A DNA stretch of 32,000 bases from Kiritimatiella glycovorans (GTDB lineage Bacteria; Verrucomicrobiota; Kiritimatiellia; Kiritimatiellales; Kiritimatiellaceae): positions 690,001 to 722,000 of the forward strand of contig NZ_CP010904.1 of NCBI RefSeq assembly GCF_001017655.1. The letters run 5' to 3'. The notes under the pieces were generated by a model. That model did no database searches and was not told the origin of the DNA. It saw only the letters and a program-made list of their open reading frames with translations. Numbering within the stretch: the first letter of the stretch is position 1; each line of letters starts with the position of its first letter. Position numbers and translations under genes: made by a program. This document shows, piece after piece, positions 25,021 to 32,000 of this stretch.

Positions 25021-26469
25021 ATGAGATCGCGCCGTATCGCAGCCTTCATGGTAGGGATCGCGCTGGCCGCGGGGTTCGCCCGTGCGGACGACTACCGTTG
25101 CGCCGTGCATATCCACTCCCGGGCCTCGTACGGAGGCGTGTACGGGCTGGAGGAGCTTTCCGCCCTCGCGGAGCGGCGGGGTATCGACGCCGTGTTCCTG
25201 ACGGACAGCCACGCGCTGCAGGCGGAATACGGTCCGCCCCCCTTCCGCCACCTCGCCGCGGTCCGCTACAATCTGCCCTCCGTGATGACCCTGGGTCCGC
25301 GCCGCTACCTGCGGGAGATCCGGCGTTATAATGAGTCCGGCTCGGGGGTGCTGTTCGTGCCGGGGGTCGAAGTCATCCCGCGCCACTACTGGGACGACCG
25401 CATCGCGCCGCCGCGCTGGACCCTGCACAACACCCAGCGCAATCTGATGCTGCTGGGGTGCGAAAAACCGCGGGTGATCCGCCGCATCCCGGCCACGCTG
25501 GGATTCCTGCCCCGTCGCGACCGCGCGGCCCGGGGGCTGGTGGCCCTGCTCGTGGGTGCTGTCCTGGTGCTCGCGAGCGGATACCTGTGGTTCCCGGCGG
25601 CGGCCTCGCGCTGGGACCGTCTCTCGCTGCGCGCCTGGAAAGGACGGTACCTCGTGCTCGCCCTGCTGCCGCTGATCGCCGCGGCCGCAATCCTGGAGAT
25701 CGTGTTCGGCTCCTTCGATCGGTACGACCTGTACGGCGCGCGCAGGGACTGCGATACGGAACAGCGGGTGATCGATTACGGTCAGCGCCACGGCGCGTTT
25801 GTCTACTGGGCGCACCCGGAGGCCTTCGATCACCACGAATGGGGCCCGCTGACCATGGATACGCGTCCGTATCCCGAAGTGCTCAGCAAAACCCGCGGCT
25901 ACCACGCCTTCGGCGTGCTCTACGAACAGGAGACCACCCTCTACCGCGAAGGGTCGCGCTGGGATACGGTGCTCCGCGAGGTGCTCCAGGGCGCCCGGAT
26001 GCGCCCCGTGTGGGGCATCGGCGAAATGCTCTACCGCGAAGAGGGCCATGCGGGCAAGCAGCTCGGAAATGTCGACACCGTCATCCGCGCCCCCGCGCTC
26101 ACCCGCGACGCCCTGATGGGTGCCCTGCGTCGCGGCCGCTTTTACGCCAGCCGCCGCAATCCGTCGACGGACGAACGACTCACCCTCCGCGACTTCACGG
26201 TGAACGGCGTGTATTGCGGGGGCTACGCGCGGACCTCCGACGGTGCGGCGACCGTGCAACTCTCCGTGGGCGGCAGCGCGACGAATGAACCCGTCCGCGT
26301 GGCCGTGATCCGCGACGGAACACTCTGGCGGGAAGAGCATGCCACGCCGCCGTTCGAGCTGGCGTGGACCGACGACGAAATTCGCTCCGGCGAACGGCAC
26401 TACTACCGCTGTTATGTCGAAGGCGCCTATCCCGTGCGCCTCGTCGCCAACCCGGTGTTTGTGGAATAG
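25021..26469 (+). CDS. PHP-domain-like membrane protein
   Basis: Signal/anchor segment, then CAVHIHSRASYG...GIDAVFLTDSH (PHP motifs I/II). Two hydrophobic helices follow (LVALLVGAVLVLASGYLWF, YLVLALLPLIAAAAILEIVF), then VYWAHPE. ATG 25021 is preceded by GGGAGGG. Confidence 0.6.
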   Translation: MRSRRIAAFMVGIALAAGFARADDYRCAVHIHSRASYGGVYGLEELSALAERRGIDAVFLTDSHALQAEYGPPPFRHLAAVRYNLPSVMTLGPRRYLREIRRYNESGSGVLFVPGVEVIPRHYWDDRIAPPRWTLHNTQRNLMLLGCEKPRVIRRIPATLGFLPRRDRAARGLVALLVGAVLVLASGYLWFPAAASRWDRLSLRAWKGRYLVLALLPLIAAAAILEIVFGSFDRYDLYGARRDCDTEQRVIDYGQRHGAFVYWAHPEAFDHHEWGPLTMDTRPYPEVLSKTRGYHAFGVLYEQETTLYREGSRWDTVLREVLQGARMRPVWGIGEMLYREEGHAGKQLGNVDTVIRAPALTRDALMGALRRGRFYASRRNPSTDERLTLRDFTVNGVYCGGYARTSDGAATVQLSVGGSATNEPVRVAVIRDGTLWREEHATPPFELAWTDDEIRSGERHYYRCYVEGAYPVRLVANPVFVE

Positions 26470-26685
26470 AGCCGTATCCAAAGGGTTATTCGTAGAATGT
26501 TTTGTCCGCGAGCGGGGGGCGGCCGCAAATCACCCGACAGCACGGGCGCGGCTTCAAAATCGATACCGGCACCCGTCATGGAGACAGGAAGGACATGATG
26601 GCTGATCGGGAAGGACACCGCGAAGCGCGCGCGAAAGGTCACGCGATCGTCGACCCTCCGATTATTTCCTGCGGCGAAACCCTCG

Positions 26686-27147
26686 TCACGTCGATGAAAG
26701 GGCGTCGACGAGCGCTTCGAGCGCGAGTACGTAGCCCAGTCCTCCGAATCCGGCGATCTGTCCGATGCAGGCCGGGGCGGTCAGGCTCGCGTGGCGCACG
26801 GGTTCACGGGCCTGGATGGACGTGAGGTGTACCTCCACGGCGGGGACGCGGTCGGCGACGGCCTTCAGGGCGTCGGCGAGAGCCAGACTGGTGTGCGTGT
26901 ACGCCGCCGGATTGATCACCAGCCCATCCGCCTGCCCCGGCGCAGCGCCGATCCAGTCGACCAGATCGCCTTCGTGGTTGGACTGACGGAACTCGAGTCC
27001 GATCGGTTCATCGAGCTGCTCCGCCAGCTCGCCCGCGCGCTCCTCCATCCGGGTGCGGATGGACTCCAGCGTCTCCACGCCGTACAGCTCGGGCTCGCGC
27101 GTGCCCAGAAGCTGCAGGTTCGGTCCGTTCAGTACGAGGATGTTCAT
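26686..27147 (-). CDS. aroQ: Type II 3-dehydroquinate dehydratase
   Basis: MNILVLNGPNLQLLGTREPELYG, QSNHEGDLVDWI, INPAAYTHTS and VEVHLTS. ATG 27147 is preceded by GGGAGG. The 340-aa track ORF is an N-terminal artefact. Confidence 0.93.
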   Translation of the reverse strand: MNILVLNGPNLQLLGTREPELYGVETLESIRTRMEERAGELAEQLDEPIGLEFRQSNHEGDLVDWIGAAPGQADGLVINPAAYTHTSLALADALKAVADRVPAVEVHLTSIQAREPVRHASLTAPACIGQIAGFGGLGYVLALEALVDALSST

Positions 27148-27304
27148 TCCGCCTCCCTTGCTGCGGACGCATATTGCCGCGGCGCCGGGGCGGTGTCGAG
27201 TCCGCAGTGTCCCGGCCCCCGTTTGTGTGTGACAAAGGTGCGCGCGGGTGCTTAGATGCGTCCGGCGCGGCAGTAGCGCGGTCATTGTCAGTGCGGGAGG
27301 GGTT

Positions 27305-27634
27305 ATGGACGTCGAAGCACAGCGGACGCAATTCATCGAGGTGCCGTTCGAACATCTCGACGCAGCCAATACGGAAGAGGTCAAGGACTTCGTCCGCGGC
27401 GAGATGGAAGAGGTGAAGGGAACCCGCGTGGTGCTCGATATGCACCGGGTGCGGTTCGTCGACAGCGCCGGTCTGGGCGTGCTCCTCGCTCTTCTCCGCT
27501 GCACGGCCCAGCAGGGCGGCGATCTCGCGGTCTGTAACCTCGTCAAACAGGTGCGCTCGCTCGTGAGCCTGGTGAAACTCGAAAGGATTATCCGCGTGTA
27601 CGGGTCGCGGGAGGAAGCGCTGGGAACCGCCTGA
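27305..27634 (+). CDS. STAS-domain protein (anti-sigma-factor antagonist-like)
   Basis: VVLDMHRVRFVDSAGLGVLLAL, which contains the conserved serine context. ATG 27305 is preceded by GGGAGGGG. Confidence 0.8.
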   Translation: MDVEAQRTQFIEVPFEHLDAANTEEVKDFVRGEMEEVKGTRVVLDMHRVRFVDSAGLGVLLALLRCTAQQGGDLAVCNLVKQVRSLVSLVKLERIIRVYGSREEALGTA

Positions 27635-27656
27635 CCCCGCCGCGCGGAAGATAGGT

Positions 27657-28325
27657 ATGACGGAGTCCGTAATCGGCGCCGGGGTGCTGCTGGTCGATGA
27701 CGAACCATCGGTCCGCAGACTGTGCGAAAAAATGCTCCGCGACGCGTGGGAGGTGCGCTCGGCGGGGAGCATCGCGGAGGCCGAGACCGTGCTGGAGCAG
27801 TTTTCGCCCAAGGTCGCGGTGTGTGATTTCAAACTTCCCGACGGCGACGGGTGCGCGTTCCTGAAAATGCTTCTGGAACGCGACGCCAAGATACAGCGCA
27901 TCCTGCTTACGGGCTATACGGACCCCGAAATGATGCGGCGCGGGATCAATGAGGCGCGACTGTTCCGGATGATCGGGAAGCCGGTGTCGACCGCGGAACT
28001 GCGTGCGGCGGTCGAATACGCAGCGCTGGAATACGACATCCTCGATACCGCGGAGTACGTCGCGGCGGAACACGACCGGTTCAAGCAGGAACTGGAGAGC
28101 TGGCCCTGCCGCGCCGAACGCTGGGCCCGCTTTCTCAACCGCAGCCTCGTCCAGTTCGGCCGCTTCCTGGTGCGCGCGACGGCCCTCGTCACCGTCGCCG
28201 TCGGGATCTGGATCGCCCTCGGATTCTTCGGTATCGTGTTCCTGTATTTCATGAAATCCTGGTTCGGCGTGGATCTCCTGCCGCATGCCCACATTGAGAA
28301 TCTCGTGCGGGGGATCATGCGGTGA
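27657..28325 (+). CDS. Response-regulator receiver domain with a C-terminal transmembrane tail (no recognisable output domain)
   Basis: LLVDDEPSV, VAVCDFKLPDGDG, ILLTGYTD and GKPV form the receiver. The C-terminus carries the hydrophobic helix ALVTVAVGIWIALGFFGIVFLYF. Confidence 0.8.
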   Translation: MTESVIGAGVLLVDDEPSVRRLCEKMLRDAWEVRSAGSIAEAETVLEQFSPKVAVCDFKLPDGDGCAFLKMLLERDAKIQRILLTGYTDPEMMRRGINEARLFRMIGKPVSTAELRAAVEYAALEYDILDTAEYVAAEHDRFKQELESWPCRAERWARFLNRSLVQFGRFLVRATALVTVAVGIWIALGFFGIVFLYFMKSWFGVDLLPHAHIENLVRGIMR

Positions 28326-28578
28326 GGAAGAGGAAGAGGAAGAATCAGAATCAGAGTCAGAGTAAGAGGGAGTGAGAAACCTGAGACCTGAGACCTGAGT
28401 AAGAGGGAGTGAGAAACCTGAGACCTGAGACCTGAGTAAGAGGGAGTGAGAAACCTGAAACCTGAGACCTGAGTAAGAGGGAGTGAGAAACCTGAAACCT
28501 GAGACCTGAGTAAGAGGACAGAGTCAGAGGAAGAGTTTGAAACCTGAGACCTGAGTAAGAAACCTGAGACCTGAGTGG
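28326..28578 (+). repeat. Repeat family B, largest copy: purine hexamers plus four 37-bp tandem units and a degenerate tail
   Basis: (GAGGAA)n and (GAATCA)2 GAGTCA come first. GAGTAAGAGGGAGTGAGAAACCTGAGACCTGAGACCT then starts at 28360, 28397, 28434 and 28471. The array starts at the stop codon of the receiver gene. Confidence 0.9.
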
Positions 28579-28634
28579 GTTAAAGTTCACCACACCGGAG
28601 ACTCCGGGGATCGGCGCGGAAGGGCGGCGTGACG

Positions 28635-29213
28635 ATGACGAATGCAATCGACAAGTGGCGTGAACTCTGGCGCGAGGAATGCGGACCGGTCTCGCCGCGC
28701 TGGGGTCTGGCGAGCCTGCTGGAGGCCCCGCTGCCCGCGGGCGCGATGGGGCGGCTGCGCTCGCGGCTGTACCGGTGGGCCGGGATGAAGATCGGCCGCG
28801 GAACGGTCGTGCTCGGCCCGATCCGGCTCAGGGGCGGGGCGGGGCGCGTCGGTCGGCTCACCGTGGGGCGCGACTGTTTTTTGAATGACGGGCTCTACTT
28901 CGATGCCGCGGCGCCGATACGGGTCGGGGACGGCGTTTCGCTGGGCATGGATGGTCTCTTCACGACGGTGGGCCACGCGGTCGGAGCGCCCGGGTTTCGC
29001 GCGGGCGAGCGCTCGCCCCGGCCCATCACGATCGGCGACGGCGCCTGGCTCGCGGCGCGGGTCACGGTGCTCCCGGGGGTGACCATCGGCCCCGGAACCA
29101 TCGTCGGCGCGGGCGCCGTGGTGACGCGCGATCTCCCCGCCCACGTGTTCGCGGCCGGGGTTCCGGCGAAGACGGTGCGTTCTCTCGAAGGGGAGCAGAG
29201 CGATGAGGTTTAG
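28635..29213 (+). CDS. Hexapeptide-repeat (LbH) O-acetyltransferase, WcaF/Mac-like
   Basis: ITIGDGAWLAARVTVLPGVTIGPGTIVGAGAVVTRDLPAHVFAAGVPAK. ATG 28635 is used here, and GTG 28629 (the track start) is an alternative. Confidence 0.85.
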   Translation: MTNAIDKWRELWREECGPVSPRWGLASLLEAPLPAGAMGRLRSRLYRWAGMKIGRGTVVLGPIRLRGGAGRVGRLTVGRDCFLNDGLYFDAAAPIRVGDGVSLGMDGLFTTVGHAVGAPGFRAGERSPRPITIGDGAWLAARVTVLPGVTIGPGTIVGAGAVVTRDLPAHVFAAGVPAKTVRSLEGEQSDEV

Positions 29214-30816
29214 TCCCCGCCGGAGATGGATTGCGGCGCTCGGAATGCTGGCGGGGTTCAGCGCGGCCTGCGGGGATCCGGACGCGGTCGCCGGATGGCA
29301 TGCGGTGATCCGGCCGAATGAGGACGCTCGCCCCATCTCCGAACGGATCTACGGAGTCGCGGCGGCGGATGAGGACGATATCGAACAGCTCGCCATCCCG
29401 TTCGTCCGCTGGGGCGGCAACACGGCGTCGCGCTACAACTGGGAACTCGGCAACGCCTGGAACACCGGCGCCGACTGGTATTTCGAGAACGTGGCGGTCG
29501 AGAGCAACGCCTGGCGCCGTTTTCTGCGTCGCTGCCGCGACCACGGAGCCGCCGCAATCGTGACCGTCCCGCTCGTCGGGTGGGTGGCGAAGGATACCTC
29601 GTCGTACAGCTTTCCGGTCGAACGCTACGGGCCGCAGCGAAAGACCGATCCGCACCGGCCCGACGCCGGTGACGGGGTTCGTCCCGACGGCTCTCCCGTT
29701 CCTCCCGGCGATCCCTCCCTGACCTCGCGGCCCATGACCCCGGATTTCGCCGCGCAGTGGGTCCGCGCGATGCGGCGCGAGTTCCCGGAGATGTTCGCGC
29801 AGCGCCGCATCGTGCTCGCCCTCGGCAACGAGCCGATGCTCTGGGACAAGACCCACCGCGACGTCCATCCCGAGCCGGTGTCGTACCGCGAATACCTGCG
29901 GCGTTTCACCGATATGGCCGTGCGGCTCAAGGACGAGGCGCCCGACACGCCGATTGCAGGTCCCGAGTTATGGGGATGGCCGGCGTGGTTCGAGTCGGCG
30001 CGCGACCGGGAATCGGCCGGCGCTCCGGACCGGCGCGCGCACGGCAGCGATTTCGTCCCGTGGTTCCTGGAGCGGATGCGCGAATACGAGCGCCGGCACG
30101 GCACCCGGCTGCTGGACATCCTGACCCTCCACTACTATCCCCAGGCGGAAGGCGTGTTCTCGAAGCGCAACGACCCCGCCACCTCGGCGCGGCGGCTGGA
30201 GGCGCCGCGCTCGCTGTGGGATCCCGAGTACCGCGATCCCTCCTGGATCGGCCGGCGCGTGCGCATGATTCCCAGGATGCGCGCCTGGGTGAGGGATCAC
30301 TATCCGGGCACGCGGATCGGCGTCACCGAATACAACTGGGGTGGCGAACAGGCCTTCAGCGGGGCGGCGGCGCTGGCCGACGCGCTGGGCATTTTCGGCC
30401 GCGAGGGTCTCGACGCCGCCTGCTACTGGACTGTGCCCCCCGCCGATTCCGCCGCGCGCCGGGCCTTCAGTCTCTACCGCAATGCCGACGGGAAGGGCGC
30501 GAAGTTCGGCGATACCTCCCTGCGGGTCGAATGGCGCGGAGCCGGGCCGGAGTACGACGAACTCACCCTCTACGCCGCCGCGAGCGGATCGCCCGGCGCG
30601 TTCACCGCCGTCGTCGTAGGCAAGTCGCCGCACCCCGCGCCATTGCGGCTCTCGATGCCTGAAATTGACATCGTAAGCATGCGCGGGTACGTTTTCGGAG
30701 AAACACGGCCGGAAATCCTTCCCCTTGGGGAGGAACGGATTGAGGTCGTAGACGGGTCCGCCCGATTATGGTTGCCGGGAATGAGCATAATACATCTTCG
30801 ATGGGCCGCGCAGTGA
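29203..30816 (+). CDS. Clan GH-A glycoside hydrolase, GH44-like lipoprotein
   Basis: Lipobox FSAAC. FVRWGGNTASRYNWELGNAWNTGADWYFEN resembles the GH44 N-terminal signature as I recall it. The NEP (LGNEPMLW) and TEYNWGGE motifs fit the acid/base and nucleophile strands. It overlaps the upstream stop by 11 nt. Confidence 0.6.
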   Translation: MRFSPRRRWIAALGMLAGFSAACGDPDAVAGWHAVIRPNEDARPISERIYGVAAADEDDIEQLAIPFVRWGGNTASRYNWELGNAWNTGADWYFENVAVESNAWRRFLRRCRDHGAAAIVTVPLVGWVAKDTSSYSFPVERYGPQRKTDPHRPDAGDGVRPDGSPVPPGDPSLTSRPMTPDFAAQWVRAMRREFPEMFAQRRIVLALGNEPMLWDKTHRDVHPEPVSYREYLRRFTDMAVRLKDEAPDTPIAGPELWGWPAWFESARDRESAGAPDRRAHGSDFVPWFLERMREYERRHGTRLLDILTLHYYPQAEGVFSKRNDPATSARRLEAPRSLWDPEYRDPSWIGRRVRMIPRMRAWVRDHYPGTRIGVTEYNWGGEQAFSGAAALADALGIFGREGLDAACYWTVPPADSAARRAFSLYRNADGKGAKFGDTSLRVEWRGAGPEYDELTLYAAASGSPGAFTAVVVGKSPHPAPLRLSMPEIDIVSMRGYVFGETRPEILPLGEERIEVVDGSARLWLPGMSIIHLRWAAQ

Positions 30817-31823
30817 AGCTCTCGCTGATGCTGCTCTCCGTTGCGCTGCTGACGGCGGGCGCCGGATGCCGGCACGCCGGGACTCCGTCCGTGGAGGAGA
30901 TGGTCGCCAGTTTCGAGTCGCAGGCGGCCGCGGAAGAGGCGCGCGACGGCCACTCATTCGATCCCTCGCTGCTCGAGGTGTCCCGCGAGCGCTACAAGCT
31001 CGGTCCGGGTGACGTCATCGAGATCTTCGCCACCGACATCCCCGAGCTGAACCGCAAGTACACCCTCGGCCCCGACGGCCGCCTCACGCTCCCCGCCGTG
31101 GGGGTGGTCGACATCGACGGCCTCACGCGCGAGGAGGCGTCCAGGCGTATCGAAAAGGATCTGCAGCCCTTTTACCGCAACCCGCGCGTCGACATCCTCG
31201 TCGCCGAATATCTCAATAACCGCATCTACGTGCTGGGCGAGGTGCGCAAGCCCGGCGAATTCAATTTCAAGGGGCGGCCGATGCTCCTTTCCGCGCTGGC
31301 GCTCGCCCAGGGCCTGACCGATCAGGCCGACATGCGGGCGTGCACCATCGTGCGGGGCAAGGACGTGATGATCCAGGTGGACCTCTACGAACTCCTCCGC
31401 AGGGGCAACCGCTCGCTCAATCTTCCGCTGATGCCGGAGGACACCGTGTACGTGGGGAGCAATCAGGAGGACATGTACTACGTACTCGGACAGGTCCAGA
31501 GTCCGGGCGCCTTTCCGCGCACGCGGCGCGTGGATGTGGTGCGGGCGGTCGCCAAGGCCGGGGGGCTCACCGAAAATGCGATCAAGAAGGAAGTGCGCCT
31601 GATCCGCCGCCGGCAGGGCCGCGACCCCGAGATCAAGGTGGTCAACCTCGCCGCCATTCAGCGCGCGCGGACCGGCGGGGAGGAAATCGCGGTGATGAAC
31701 GGCGATATCATCTACGTGCCCCGCCGCGCGCTGGCCACCTTCAACTACGTACTGCGCCAGGTTACGCCTTCGCTCAACCTCTTTTTGCTGGGGGACGCCA
31801 TCCTGGGCGACGATGAAGACTAG
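30768..31823 (+). CDS. Polysaccharide export protein (Wza-like: Poly_export plus SLBB domains)
   Basis: YKLGPGDVIEIF, LGPDGRLTLPAVGVVDIDGLT and VLGEVRKPGEF/VLGQVQSPGAF (SLBB). The likely true start is ATG 30801, which gives the lipoprotein signal MGRAVKLSLMLLSVALLTAGAGC. Confidence 0.85.
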   Translation: MVAGNEHNTSSMGRAVKLSLMLLSVALLTAGAGCRHAGTPSVEEMVASFESQAAAEEARDGHSFDPSLLEVSRERYKLGPGDVIEIFATDIPELNRKYTLGPDGRLTLPAVGVVDIDGLTREEASRRIEKDLQPFYRNPRVDILVAEYLNNRIYVLGEVRKPGEFNFKGRPMLLSALALAQGLTDQADMRACTIVRGKDVMIQVDLYELLRRGNRSLNLPLMPEDTVYVGSNQEDMYYVLGQVQSPGAFPRTRRVDVVRAVAKAGGLTENAIKKEVRLIRRRQGRDPEIKVVNLAAIQRARTGGEEIAVMNGDIIYVPRRALATFNYVLRQVTPSLNLFLLGDAILGDDED

Positions 31824-31845
31824 GCTGAAGGATTCATAAAATACG

Positions 31846-32000
31846 ATGATCGAACGGCAGCCAGCAAATGTGGAGCGGAAGGATGACGAGAGCGGCTTCC
31901 GGCTGGGGGATTTCAGTGTGAAGTTTTTCCTGGAGATCTTTTTCCGGCGCAAACGGTACTTCCTGATCCCCCTCGTCGCCGTGCCGCTGCTCAGTATCCT
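31846..32000 (+). CDS. Probable chain-length determinant (Wzz/GumC-like) protein, 5' fragment running off the window
   Basis: ATG 31846 gives MIERQPANVERKDDESGFRLGDFSVKFFLEIFFRRKRYFLIPLVAVPLLSI. This charged N-terminus followed by a first TM is typical of PCP proteins directly downstream of wza. The ORF is open to the window end. Confidence 0.5.
   Translation, partial: MIERQPANVERKDDESGFRLGDFSVKFFLEIFFRRKRYFLIPLVAVPLLSI

Noticed and set aside
26470-26685. Small ORFs in the PHP/aroQ convergent spacer (26339-26605 +, 26427-26642 -, 26502-26825 +).
   Set aside because: They have no SD and no motifs, they overlap one another, and they partly overlap aroq antisense. I could not support any as coding, and I saw no convincing RNA structure either.
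26686-27708. 340-aa ORF extending aroQ upstream, and 27008-27901 (-).
   Set aside because: The extension is low-complexity and runs antisense through the STAS gene and the start of the receiver gene. aroQ has a canonical SD plus ATG at 27147, giving a normal 153-aa protein.
28360-28578. 37-bp tandem as a mini-CRISPR or a coding repeat (ORF 28357-28647, minus strand).
   Set aside because: The units are directly abutting with no spacers. The minus-strand ORF is open only because the antisense strand lacks stops. A 37-bp period is not a multiple of 3.

Overview
This is a GC-rich bacterial chromosomal window (mid-60s % GC by eye, not computed). I call about 31 protein genes and one tRNA. The long antisense ORFs in the track are GC-driven shadows of the real genes.

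The left half (1-15 kb) holds housekeeping and carbohydrate genes: gpmI, fabI, a small SD-led ORF coupled to nadB, polA, aroK, a GH97 glycosidase, a URO-D-family protein, an MBL-fold hydrolase and an MFS transporter. At 15.1-15.8 kb there is a tRNA-His(GTG) whose promoter/leader and 5' part are tandemly triplicated, followed 25 nt later by a small GIY-YIG gene.

The right half (15.8-32 kb) is an exopolysaccharide/glycan assembly locus. It contains two GT4 glycosyltransferases, a CheY-like receiver with an ExeA/GspA-like (PEP-CTERM-locus type) AAA ATPase, and a WecA/MraY-family priming transferase. It also contains a DegT aminotransferase, an unknown lipoprotein, a PIG-L deacetylase, WbqC, a membrane PHP-domain protein and aroQ. 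The remainder is a STAS protein, a membrane-tailed receiver, a hexapeptide acetyltransferase, a GH44-like lipoprotein, a Wza-like exporter and the start of a Wzz-like protein.

The most unusual content is non-coding. Many of the larger intergenic spacers carry members of a few repeat families:
- Family A: a hairpin plus a GAGTAC-rich element, 4 copies.
- Family B: purine-rich hexamer/heptamer arrays with a conserved GGGAGTGAGAAACCTGA core, usually placed directly after a stop codon with the purine-rich strand in sense.
- A REP/BIME-like GTAG-headed palindrome cluster.
- A 1-kb mosaic array of about 25 mini-hairpins with a 312-bp higher-order repeat at 18.07-19.10 kb.

I saw no CRISPR array, transposase, integrase, reverse transcriptase or recognisable defence gene. 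The lineage guess is a PVC-type or similar environmental bacterium; this is low confidence and rests only on gene flavour.
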